NCBI GenBank assembly: GCA_951406725.2 | Contig: CATOCA020000001.1 | Location: 10,230,001-10,294,000, forward strand | Length of the DNA stretch: 64,000 bases | Direction: 5' to 3' | Origin: Octopus vulgaris | Taxonomy: Eukaryota | Part shown: piece by piece, positions 38,001 to 51,000 of the stretch | How positions within the stretch are numbered: the first letter of the stretch is position 1 | Layout: each line of letters begins with the position of its first letter | Made by a program: the position numbers and the translations under genes | The notes under the pieces: generated by a model | Told to the model about the DNA's origin: nothing | The model's input: only the letters and a program-made list of their open reading frames with translations | The model's database searches: none

Positions 38001-41000
38001 ATTTAATCGATCTCGTTTAGTGGTCCGCTAAGTCATTTTATCGATCTTGTTTGGTGGTCCGCTAGGGTCATTTTATCGATCTCCTTTCGTCGTGCGCTAG
38101 GTCATTTTATCGATCTCGTTTGGCGGCCCGCTAGGTCATATTATCCGTGTCAATTAGCGGTCCGCTAAGTCATTTTATCGATCTCGTTTGGCGGTCCACT
38201 AAATCATTTTATCGATGTCATTTGGTGGTCCGCTAAGTCATTTTTTGATCTCGTTTAGCGGTCCGCTAAGTCATTTTATCGAACTCGTTCGGCGGTCCAC
38301 TCGGTCATTTTATCGATCTCGTTTAGCAGTCCGCTAAGTCATTTTATCGATAACGTTTCGTGGTCCGCTATGTCATTTTATCGATCTCGTTTGGCGGTCC
38401 GCTAGGTCATTGTATCCGTCTCGATTGTCGGTCTGCTAAGTCATTTTATCGATCTCGTTTGGCTGTCTGCTAACTCATTTTATCGATCTCGTTTGGTGGT
38501 CCGCTAATTTATTTTATCGATCTCGTTTGGTGGTCCACTATGTCATTTTATCGATCTCGTTTGGCGGTCCACTAAATCATTTTAGCCGTGTCGTTTGGTG
38601 GTCCGCTATGTCATTTTATCGATCTCGTTTGGCGGTCCGCTAGGTCATTGTATCCGTCTCGATTGTCGGTCTGCTAGGTCATTTTATCGATCTCGTTTGG
38701 CAGTCCGCTAACTCGTTTTATCGATCTCGTTTGGTGGTCCGCTAATTCATTTTATCGATCTCGTTTGGTGGTCCGCTATGTCATTTTATCGATCTCGTTT
38801 GGCGGTCCGCTAGGTCATTTTATGCGTCTCGATTGTCGGTCCGCTAATTCATTTTATCGATCTCGTTTGGCTGTCCGCTAACTCATTTTATCGATCTTGC
38901 TTGGTGGTCCGCTAAGTCATTTTATCGATCTCCTTTCGTCGTGTGCTAAGTCATTTTATCCATCTCGTTTGCTGGTCCGCTAATTCATTTTATCGATCTT
39001 TTTTTGCGGTCTGCTAGGTCATTTTGTTGATCTCGTTTAGCGGTCCGCTAAATCATTTTATCGATCTCGTTTGATGGTCCGCTAAGTCATTTTATCGATC
39101 TTGTTTGGTTGTCCGCAAAGTCATTTTATCGATCTCGTTTCGTCGTGTGCTAAATCATTTTATCGATCTCGTTTGGCGGCCCGCTAGGTCATTTTATCCG
39201 TCTCGATTGGCGGTCCGCTAAGTCATTTTATCGAACTCGTTTGGCGGTCCACTAAATCATTTTATCGATCTCGTTTGGTGGTCCGCTAAGTCATTTTTTT
39301 AACTCATTTAGCGGTCCGCTAAGTCATTTTATCGATCTCGTTTGGCGGTCCACTCGGTCATTTTATCGATCTCGTTTAGCGGTCTGCTAGGTCCTTTTAT
39401 CGATAACGTTTCGTGGTCCGCGAGGTCATTTTATCGATCTCGTTTTGTGGTCCACTATGTCATTTTAACGATCTCGTTTGGTAGTCCGCTAATTCATTTT
39501 ATCGATCTCGTTTGGTGGTCCGCTATATCATTTTCTCGATCTCGTTTGGCGGTCCGCTAGGTCATTTTATCCGTCTCGATTGTCGGTCTGTTAAGTCATT
39601 TTTTCGATCTCGTTTGGCTGTCTGCTAACTCATTTTATCGATCTCGTTTGGTGGTCCGCTAATTCATTTTATCGATCTCGTTTCGTGGGCCGCTATGTCA
39701 TTTTATCGATCTCGTTTGGCGGTCCGCTAGGTCACTTTATCCGTCTCGATTGTCGGTCCGCTAATTCATTTTATCGATCTCGTTTGGCTGTCCGCTAACT
39801 CATTTTATCGATCTCTTTTGGCGGTCTGCTAGGTCATTTTCTTGATCTCGTTTGGTGGTCCGCTAAGTCATTTTATCGATGTCGTTTATTGGTCCGCTAA
39901 ATCATTTTATCGATCTCGTTTGGTGGTCCGCTAAGTCATTTTATCGATGTCGTTTATTGGTCCGCTAATTCATTTTATCGATCTCGTTTGGTGGTCCGCT
40001 CGGTCAATTTATCGATCTCTTTTGGCGGTCCACTAGGTCATTTTATCGATCTTGATTGGCAGTCCGCTAATTCATTTTATCGATCTCGTTTGGTGGTCCG
40101 CTATATCATTTTCTCGATCTCGTTTGGTGGTCCGCTAGGTCATTTTATCCGTCTCGATTGTCGGTCTGCTAAGTCATTTTTTCGATCTCGTTTGGCTGTC
40201 CGCTAACTCATTTTATCGATCTCGTTTGGTGGTCCGCTAATTCATTTTATCGATCTCGTTTCGTGGGCAGCTAGGTCATTTTATCGATCTCGTTTGGCGG
40301 TCCGCTAGGTCACTTTATCCGTCTCGATTGTCGGTCCGCTAATTCATTTTATCGATCTCATTTGGCTGTCCGCTAACTCATTTTATCGATCTCTTTTGGC
40401 GGTCTTCTAGGTCATTTTCTTGATCTTGTTAGGTGGTCCGCTAAGTCATTTTATCGATGTCGTTTATTGGTCCGCTAAATCATTTTATCGATCTCGTTTG
40501 GTGGTCCGCTAAGTCATTTTATCGATGTCGTTTATTGGTCCGCTAATTCATTTTATCGATCTCGTTTGGTGGTCCGCTCGGTCAATTTATCGATCTCTTT
40601 TGGCGGTCCACTAGGTCATTTTATCGATCTTGATTGGCAGTCCGCTAGGTCATTTTATCCGTCACGATTGGCGGTCCGCTAAGTCATTTTATAGATCTCG
40701 TTTAGTTGTCCGCTATGTCATTTTATCGATCTTGTTTGGTGGTCCGCTAGGGTCATTTTATCGATCTCCTTTCGTCGTGTGCTAAGTCATTTTATCGATC
40801 TCGTTTGGCCGGCGCAAGGTCATTTTATCCGTCTCAATTAGCGGTCCGCTAAGTCATTTTATCGATCTCGTTTGGTGGTCCACTAAATCATTTTATCGAT
40901 GTCGTTTGGTGGTCCGCTAAGTCATTTTTTGATCTCGTTTAGCGGTCCGCTAAGTCATTTTATCGAACTCGTTCGGCGGTCCACTCGGACATTTTATCGC

Positions 41001-42055
41001 TCTCGTTTAGCGGTCCGCTAAGTCATTTTATCGATAACGTTTCGTGGTCCGCAAAGTCATTTTATCGATGTCGTTTTGTGGTCCACTAAGTCATTCTATC
41101 GATCTTGTTTGGTGGTCCGCCAATTCATTTTATCGATCTCGTTTGGTGGTCCGCTATGTCATTTTATCGATCTCGTTTGGCGGTCCGCTAGGTCATTTTA
41201 TCCGTCTCGATTGGCGGTCCGCTAAGTCATTTTATCGATCTCGTTTGGTGGTGCGCTAATTCATTTTATCGATCTCATTTCGTGGTCCGCTAAGTCATTT
41301 TATCATTCTCGTTTGGCGGTCCGCTAGCTCATTTTATCCGTTTCGATTGGCGGTCCGCTAAGTCATTTTCTCGATCTCGTTTGGCGGTCCGCTAATTCAT
41401 TTTATCGATCACTTTTGGCAGTCCGCTAGATCATTTTGTCGATCTCGTTTAGCGGTCCGCTAATTCATTTTATAGATCTCGTTTGGTGGTCCGCTAAGTC
41501 ATTTTATTGTTCTCGTTTGGTGGTCCGCTAGGTCATTTTATCGATCTCGTTTCGTCATCTGCTAAGTCATTTTGTCGATCTCGTTTGGCGGCCCGCTAGG
41601 TCATTTTATCCGTCTCGATTGGCGGTCCGCTAAGTCATTTTATCGATCTCGTTTGGTGGTCCACTAAGTCATTTTATCGATCTCGTTTGGCGGTCCGCTG
41701 TCATTTTATCGATCTCGTTTGGTGGTCCACTTGGTCATTTTATCGATCTCGTTTGGCGGTCCGCTCAGTCCTTTTGTCGATCACGTTTAGCGGTCCGCTA
41801 ATGTCATTTTATCGATCTCGTTTATTGGTCCGCTAATTCATTTTATTGATCTCGTTTGGCGGTCCACTAAATCATTTTATCGATCTCGTTTGGTGGTCCG
41901 CTAAGTCATTTGTTGAACTCATTTAGCGGTCCGCTAAGTCATTTTATCGATCTCGTTTGGCGGTCCATTAAATCATTTTATCGATCTCGTTTGGTGGTCA
42001 ACTAAGTCATATTTTCATCTCGTTTAGCAGTCCGCTAAGTCATTTTCTCGATCTC
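29081..42055. repeat. 34-bp tandem satellite, consensus GTCATTTTATCGATCTCGTTTGGCGGTCCGCTAA (about 380 units)
   Basis: TTATCGATCT recurs at 29101 and 29135 (period 34) and continues head to tail for about 13 kb with recurrent variant monomers. Confidence 0.98.
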
Positions 42056-45000
42056 TGCAGAATCCGGTGCTCCCGTAGGTACATCAGAACAAGGTAAATA
42101 CCTAGTAAGTCTGTAGCTTGTGCAGAATCCGGTGCTCCCGTAGGTACATCAGAACAAGGTAAATACCTAGTAAGTCTGTAGCTTGTGCAGAGTCCGGTGC
42201 TCCCGTAGATACATCAGAACAAGGTAAATAACTAGTAAGTCTGTAGCTTGTGCAGAATCTGCTGCTCCCGTAGGTACATCAGAACAAGGTAAATACCTCG
42301 AAAGTCTTTAGCTTGTGCAGAATCCGGTGCTCCCGTAGGTACATCAGAACAAGGTAAATTACTAGTAAGTATGTAGCTTGTGCAGAATCCAGTGCTCCCG
42401 TAGGTACATCAGAACAGGGTAATTACCTAGTAAGTCTGTAGCTTGTCCAGAATCCGGTGCTCCCGTAGGTACATCAGAACTAGGTAAATACCTAGTAAGT
42501 CTGTAGCTTGTGCAGAATCCGGTGCTCCCGTAGGTACATCAGAAGAAAGGTAAATACCTAGTAAGTCTGTAGCTTGTGCAGAGATCGGTGCTCCCGTAGG
42601 TACATCAGAACAAGCTAAATACCTAGTAAATCTTTAGCTTTTGCAGAGACCGGTGCTCCCGTAGGTACATCAGAGCAAGCTAAATACCTAGTAGGTCTAT
42701 AGCTTGTGCAGAGTCCGGTGCTCCCGTAGGTACATCAGAACAAGGTAAATACCTAGTCAGTCTGTAGCTTGTGCAGAGTCCGGTGCTCCCGTAGGTACAT
42801 CAGACCAAGGTAAATACCTAGTAAGTCTGTAGCTTGTGCAGAGTCCGGTGCTCCCGTAGGTACATCAGATAAAGGTAAATACCTAGTAAGTCTGTAGCTT
42901 GTGCAGAGTCCGGTGCTCCCGTATGTACATCAGAGCAAGGTAAATACCTAGTCAGTCTGTAGCTTGTGCAGAGTCCGGTGCTCCCGTAGGTACATCAGAG
43001 CAAGGTAAATACCTAGTCAGTCTGTAGCTTGTGCAGAGTCAGGTGCTCCTGTAGGTACATCAGAGCAAGGTAAATACCTAGTCAGTCTGTATCTTGGGCA
43101 GAATCCGGTGCTCCCGTATGTACATCAGAACAAGGTAAATACCTAGTATGTCTGTAGCTTGTGCAGAGTCCAGTGCTCCCGTAGGTACATCAGAACAAGA
43201 TAAAAACCTAGTAATTCTGTAGCTTGTTCAGAGTCCGGTGCTCCCGTAGGTACATAAGAACAAGGTAAATACCTAGTAAGTCTGTAGCTTGTGCAGAGTC
43301 CGGTGCTCCCGTAGGTACATCAGAACAAAGTAAATACCTAGTAAGTCTTTAGCTTGTGCAGAATCCGGTGCTCCCGTAGGTACATCAGAACAAAGTAAAT
43401 ACCTCGTAAGTCTTTAGCTTGTGCAGAATCCGGTGCTCCTGTAGGTACATCAGAACAAGGTAAATACCTAGTAAGTCTGTAGCTTGTGCAGAATCCGGTG
43501 CTCCCGTATGTACATCAGAACAAGGTAAATACCTAGTAAGTCTGTAGATTGTGCAGAATCCGGTGCTCCCGTAGGTACATCAGAACAAGGTAAATACCTG
43601 GTAAGTCTGTAGCTTGTGCAGCATCCGGTGCTCCGTAGGTACATCAGAACAAGGTAAATAGCTAGAAAGTCTTTAGCTTTTGCAGAATCCGGTGCTCCCG
43701 TAGGTACATCAGAACAAGGTAAATACCTAGTAAGTATTTAGCTTGTGCAGAATCCGGTGCTCCCGTAGGTACATCAGAACAAGGTAAATACCTAGTAAGT
43801 CTGTAGCTTGTGCAGAGACCGGTGCTCCCGTAGGTACATCAGAACAAGGTAAATACCTAGTATGTCTGTAGCTTGTGCAGAGACCGGTGCTCCCGTAGGT
43901 ACATCAGAACAAGGTAAATACCTAGTAAATCTGTAGCTTGTGCAGAATCCGGTGCTCCCGTATGTACATCAGAAAAAGGTAAAAACCTAGTAAGTCTGTA
44001 GCTTGTGCAGAATCCGGGGCTCCCGTAGGTACATAAGAACAGGGTAAATACCTAGTAAGTCTGTAGCTTGTGCAGAATCTGGTCCTCCCGTAGGTACATC
44101 AGATAAAGGTAAATACCTAGTAAGTCTGTAGCTTGTGCAGAATCCGGTGCTCCCGTAGGTACATCAGAACAAGGTAAATACCTAGTAAGTCTGTAGCTTG
44201 TGCAGAGACCGGTGCTCCCGTAGGTACATCAGAACAAGGTAAATACCTAGTAAGACTGTAGCTTCTGCAGAGACCGGTGCTCCTGTAGGTACATCAGAAC
44301 AAGGTAAATACCTTGTAAGTCTGTAGTTTGTGCAGAGTCCGGTGCCCCCATAGGTACATCAGAACAAGGTAAATACCTAGTAAGTCTGTAGCTTGTGCAG
44401 AATCCGCTGCTCCCGTAGGTACATTAGAACAAGGTAAATACCTAGTACGTCTGTAGCTTGTGCAGAGACCGGTGCTCCCGTAGGTACATCAGAACAAGGT
44501 AAATACCTAGTAAGTCTGTAGCTTGTGCAGAGACCGGTGCTCCCGTAGGTACATCAGAACAAGGAAAAATACCTTGTAAGTCTGTAGCTTGTGCAGAGTC
44601 CGGTGCCCCCATAGGTACATCAGAACAAGGTAAATACCTAGTAAGTCTGTAGCTTGTGCAGAGACCAGTGCTTCCGTAGGTACATCAGAACAAGGTATAT
44701 ACCTAGTAAGTCTGTAGCTTGTGCAGAGTCCGGTGCTCCCGTAGGTACATCAGAACAAGGTAAATACCTAGTAAGTCTGTACCTTGTGCAGAGTCCGGTG
44801 CTCCCGTAGGTACATCAGAAAAAGGTAAATACCTAGTAAGTCTGTAGCTTGTGCAGAATCCGTTTCGCTCGTAGGTACATCAGAACAAGTTATATACCTA
44901 GTAAGTCTGTAGCTTGTGCAGAGTCCGGTACTCCCGTAGGTACATCAGAACAAGGTAAATACCTAGTAAGTCTGTACCTTGTGCAGAGTCCGGTGCTCCC

Positions 45001-48000
45001 GTAGGTACATCAGAAAAAGATAAATACCTAGTAAGTCTTTAGCTTGTGCAGAATCCGGTGCTCTCGTAGGTACATCAGAACAAGGTAAATACCTAGTAAG
45101 TCTGTAGCTTGTGCAGAATCCGCTGCTCCCATAGGTACATCAGAACAAGGTAAATACCTAGTAAGTCTGTACCTTGTGCAGAGTCCGGTGCTCCCGTAGG
45201 TACATCAGAAAAAGGTAAATACCTAGTAAGTCTTTAGCTTGTTCAGAATCCGGTGCTCTCGTAGGTACATCAGAACAAGATAAATACCTAGTAAGTCTGT
45301 ATCTTGTGCAGAGTCCGGTGTTCCCGCATGTACATCAGATCAAGGTAAATAGCTAGTAAGTCTGTAGCTTGTGCAGAGTCCGGTGCTCCTGTAGGTACAT
45401 CAGAACAAGATAAATAGCTAGTAAGTCTGTAGCTTGTGCAGAGTCCGGTGCTCCCGTAGGTACATCAGAACAAGGTAAATACCTAGTAAGTCTGTAGCTT
45501 GTGCAGAGTCCGGTGCTTCCGTAGGTACATCAGAACAAGGTAAATACCTAGTAAGTCTGTACCTTGTGCAGAGTCCGGTGCTCCCGTAGGTACATCAGAA
45601 AAAGTTAAATACCTAGTAAGTCTTTAGCTTGTGCAGAATCCGGTGCTCTCGTAGGTACATCAGAACAAGGTAAATACCTAGTAAGTCTGTAGCTTGTGCA
45701 GAATCCGCTGCTCCCGTAGGTACATCAGAACAAGGTAAATAACTAGTAAGTCTGTACCTTGTGCAGTGTCCGGTGCTCCCGTAGGTACATCAGAAAAAGG
45801 TAAATACCTAGTAAGTCTTTAGCTTGTTCAGAATCCGGTGCTCTCGTAGGTACATCAGAACAAGGTAAATACCTAGTAAGTCTGTAGCTTGTGCAGAGTC
45901 CGGTGCTCCCGTAGGTACATCAGAACAAGGTAAATACCTAGTAAGTCTGTAGCTTGTGCAGAGTCCGGTGCTCCCGTAGGTACATCAGAACAAGGTAAAT
46001 ACTAGTAAGTCTGTAGCTTGTGCAGAGTCCGGTGCTCCCGTAGGTACATCAGAACAAGGTAAATACCTAGTAAGTCTGTAGCTTGTGCAGAGTCCGGTGC
46101 TCCCGTAGGTACATCAGAACAAGGTAAATACCTAGTAAGTCTGTACCTTGTGCAGAGTCCGGTGCTCCCGTAGGTACATCAGAAAAAGGTAAATACCTAG
46201 TAAGTCTTTAGCTTGTGCAGATCCGGTGCGCCCGTAGGTCCATCAGAACAAGGTATATACCTAGTAAGTCTATAGCTTGTGCAGAGTCCGGTGCTCCCGT
46301 AGGTACATCAGAACAAGGTAAATACCTAGTAAGTCTGTAGCTTGTGCAGAATCCGGTGTTCCCGTAGGTACATCAGAGCAAGGTAAATACCTAGTAAGTC
46401 TGTACCTTGTGCAGAGTCCGGTGCTCCCGTAGGTACATAAGAAAAAGGTAAATACCTAGTAGGTCTTTAGCTTTGCAGAATCCGGTGCGCTCGTAGGTAC
46501 ATCAGAACAAGTTATATACCTAGTAAGTCAGTAGCTTCTGCAGAGTCCGGTGCTCCCGTAGGTACATCAGAACAAGGTAAATAATTAGTAAGTCTGTAGC
46601 TTGTGCAGAGACCGGTGCTCCCGTAGGTATATCAGAACAAGGTAAATAACTAGTAAGTCTGTAGCTTGTGCAGAGTCCGGTGCTCCCGTAGGTTCATCAG
46701 AACAAGGTAAATACCTAGTAAGTCTGTAGCTTGTGCAGAATCTGGTGTTCCCGTAGGTACATCAGAAAAAGGTAAATACCTAGTAAGTCTTTAGCTTGTG
46801 CAGAATCCGGTGCGCCCGTAGGTCCATCAGAACAAGGTATATACCTAGTAAGTCTATAGCTTGTGCAGAGTCCGGTGCTCCCGTAGGTACATCAGAACAA
46901 GGTAAAAACCTAGTAAGTCTGTACATTGTGCAGAGTCCGGTGCTCCCGTAGGTACATCAGAACAAGGTAAATACCAAGTAAGTCTGTACCTTGTGCAGAG
47001 ACCAGTGCTCCCGTAGGTACATCATAACAAGGTATATACCTAGTTAGTCTGTACCTTGTGCAGAGTCCGGTGCTCCCGTAGGTATATTAGAAAAAGGTAA
47101 ATACCTAGTAAGTCTGTAGCTTGTGCAGAGTCCGGTGCTCCCGTAGGTACATCAGAACAAGTTAAATACCTAGTAAGTCTTTAGCTTGTGCAGACTCCGG
47201 TGCTCCCGTAGGTACATCAGAACAAGGTAAATACCTCGTAAGTCTTTAGCTTGTGCAGAGTCCGGTGCTCCTGTAGGTACATCAGAACAAGGTAAATACC
47301 TAGTAAGTCTGTAGCCTGTGCAGAATCCGGTGCTCCCGTATGTACATCAGAACAAGGTAAATACCTGGTAAGTCTGTAGCTTGTGCAGAATCCGGTGCTC
47401 CGTAGGTACATCAGAACAAGGTAAATAGCTAGAAAGTCTTTAGCTTTTGCAGAATCCGGTGCTCCCGTAGGTACATCAGAACAAGGTAAATACCTCGTAA
47501 GTATTTAGCTTGTGCAGAATCCGGTGCTCCCGTAGGTACATCAGAACAAGGTAAATACCTAATAAGTCTGTAGCTTGTGCAGAGACCGGTGCTCCCGTAG
47601 GTACATCAGAACAAGGTAAATACCTAGTAAGTCTGTAGCTTCTGCAGAGACCGGTGCTCCCGTAGGTACATCAGAACAAGGTAAATACCTAGTAAGTCTG
47701 TAGCTTGTGCAGAGTCCGGTGCTCCCGTATGTACATCAGAAAAAGGTAAAAACCTAGTAAGTCTGTAGCTTGTGCAGAATCCGGTGCTCCCGTAGGTACA
47801 TAAGAACAGGGTAAATACCTAGTAAGTCTGTAGCTTGTGCAGAATCTGGTCCTACCGTAGGTACATCAGATAAAGGTAAATACCTAGTAAGTCTGTAGCT
47901 TGTACAGAATCCGGTGCTCCCGTAGGTACATCAGAACAAGGTAAATACCTAGTAAGTCTGTAGCTTGTGCAGAGACCGGTGCTCCCGTAGGTACATCAGA

Positions 48001-51000
48001 ACAAGGTAAATACCTAGTAAGACTGTAGCTTCTGCAGAGACCGGTGCTCCTGTAGGTACATCAGAACAAGGTAAATACCTTGTAAGTCTGTAGCTTGTGC
48101 AGAGTCCGGTGCCCCCATAGGTACATCAGAACAAGGTAAATACCTAGTAAGTCTGTAGCTTGTGCAAAATCCGCTGCTCCCGTAGGTACATCAGAACAAG
48201 GTAAATACCTAGTACGTCTGTAGCTTGTGCAGAGACCGGTGCTCCCGTAGGTACATCAGAACAAGGTAAATACCTAGTAAGTCTGTAGCTTGTGCAGAGA
48301 CCGGTGCTCCCGTAGGTACATCAGAACAAGGAAAAATACCTTGTAAGTCTGTAGCTTGTGCAGAGTCCGGTGCCCCCATAGGTACATCAGAACAAGGTAA
48401 ATACCTAGTAAGTCTGTAGCTTGTGCAGAGACCAGTGCTCCCGTAGGTACATCAGAACAAGGTATATACCTAGTAAGTCTGTAGATTGTGCAGAGTCCGG
48501 TGCTCCCGTAGGTACATCAGAACAAGGTAAATACCTAGTAAGTCTGTAGCTTGTGCAGAGTCCGGTGCTCCCGAAGGTACATCAGAAAAAGGTAAATACC
48601 TAGTAAGTCTGTAGCTTGTGCAGAATACGTTTCGCTCGTAGGTACATCAGAACAATTTATATACCTAGTAAGTCTGTAGCTTGTGCAGAGTCTAGTACTC
48701 CCGTAGGTACATCAGAACAAGGTAAATACCTAGTAAGTCTGTACCTTGTGCAGAGTCCGGTGCTCCCGTAGGTACATCAGAAAAAGGTAAATACCTAGTA
48801 AGTCTTTAGCTTGTGCAGAATCCGGTGCTCTCGTAGGTACATCAGAACAAGGTAAATACCTAGTAAGTCTGTAGCTTGTGCAGAATCCGCTGCTCCCATA
48901 GGTATATCAGAACAGGGTAAATATCTAGTAAATCTGTACCTTGTGCAGAGTCCGCTGCTCCCGTAGGTACATCAGAAAAAGGTAAATACCTAGTAAGTCT
49001 TTAGCTTGTTCAGAATCCGGTGCTCTCGTAGGTACATCAGAACAAGATAAATACCTAGTAAGTCTGTATCTTGTGCAGAGTCCGGTGTTCCCGCATGTAC
49101 ATCAGATCAAGGTAAATAGCTAGTAAGTCTGTAGCTTGTGCAGAGTCCGGTGCTCCCGTAGGTACATCAGAACAAGGTAAATACCTAGTAAGTCTGTAGC
49201 TTGTGCAGAGTCCGGTTCTTCCGTAGGTACATCAGAAAAAGGTAAATACCTAGTAAGTCTTTAGATTGTGCAGAATCCGGTGCGCCCGTAGGTCCATCAG
49301 AACAAGGTATATACCTAGTAAGTCTATAGCTTGTGCAGAGTCCGGTGCTCCCGTAGTTACATCAGAACAAGGTAAATACCTAGTAAGTCTGTAGCTTGTG
49401 CAGAATCCGGTGTTCCCGTAGGTACATCAGAGCAAGGTAAATACCTAGTAAGTCTGTACCTTGTGCAGAGTCCGGTGCTCCCGTAGGTACATCAGAAAAA
49501 GGTAAATACCTAGTAAGTCTTTAGCTTTGCAGAATCCGGTGCGCTCGTAGGTACATCAGAACAAGGTATATACCTAGTAAGTCAGTAGCTTCTGCAGAGT
49601 CCGGTGCTCCCGTAGGTATATCAGAACAAGGTAAATAACTAGTAAGTCTGTAGCTTGTGCAGAGTCCGGTGCTCCCGTAGGTACATCAGAACAAGGTAAA
49701 TACCTAGTAAGTCTGTAGCTTGTGCAGAATCCGGTGTTCCCGTAGGTACATCAGAAAAAGTTAAATACCTAGTAAGTCTTTAGCTTGTGCAGAATCCGGT
49801 GCGCCCGTAGGTCCATCAGAACAAGGTATATACCTAGTAAGTCTATAGCTTGTGCAGAGTCCGGTGCTCCAGTAGGTACATCAGAACAAGGTAAAAACCT
49901 AGTAAGTCTGTACCTTGTGCAGAGTCCGGTGCTCCCGTAGGTACATCAGAACAAGGTAAATACCAAGTAAGTCTGTACATTGTGCAGAGACCAGTGCTCC
50001 CGTAGGTACATCAGAACAAGGTATATACCTAGTAAGTCTGTACCTTGTGCAGAGTCCGGTGCTCCCGTAGGTATATTAGAAAAAGGTAAATACCTAGTAA
50101 GTCTGTAGCTTGTGCAGAGTCCGGTGCTCCCGTACGTACAACAGAACAAGGTAAATACCTAGTAAGTCTGTACCTTGTGCAGAGTCCGGTGCTCCCGTAG
50201 GTACATCAGAACAAGGTAAATACCTAGTAAGTCTGTAGCTTGTGCAGAATCCGCTGCTCCCGTAGGTACATCAGAACAAGGTAAATACCTAGTAAGTCTG
50301 TAGCTTGTGCAGAATCCGGTGTTCCCGTAGGTACATCAGAGCAAGGTAAATACCTAGTCAGTCTGTATCTTGTGCAGAGTCCAGTGCTCCCGTAGGTACA
50401 TCAGAGCAAGGTAAATACCTAGTCAGTCTGTATCATGTGCAGAGTCCGGTGCTCCCGTAGGTACATCAGAACAAGGTAAATACCTAGTAAGTCTGTACCT
50501 TGTGCAGAGTCCGGTGCTCCCGTAGGTACATCAGAAAAAGGTAAATACCTAGTAAGTCATTAGCTTGTGCAGAATCCGTGCGCTCGTAGGTACATCAGAA
50601 CAAGGTATATACCTAGTAAGTCTATAGCTTGTGCAGAGTCCGGTGCTCCCGTAGGTACATCAGAACAAGGTAAATACCTTGTAAGTCTGTAGCTTGTGCA
50701 GAGTCTGGTGCCCCCATAGGTACATCAGAACAAGGTAAATACCTAGTAAGTCTGTAGCTTGTGCAGAGTCCGGTGCTCCCGTAGGTACATCAGAACAAGG
50801 TAAATACCTAGTAAGTCTGTACCTTGTGCAGAGTCCGGTGCTCCCGTAGGTACATTAGAAAAAGGTAAATACCTAGTAAGTCTGTAGCTTGTGCAGAATC
50901 CGTTGCGCTCGTAGGTACATCAGAACAAGTTATATACCTAGTAAGTCTGTAGCTTGTGCAGAGTCCGCTGCTCCCGTAGGTACATCAGAACAAGGTAAAT

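Noticed and set aside
29081-42055. 34-bp repeats as a CRISPR array
   Set aside because: Units are head to tail with no unique spacers, there are no cas genes, and the context is eukaryotic.
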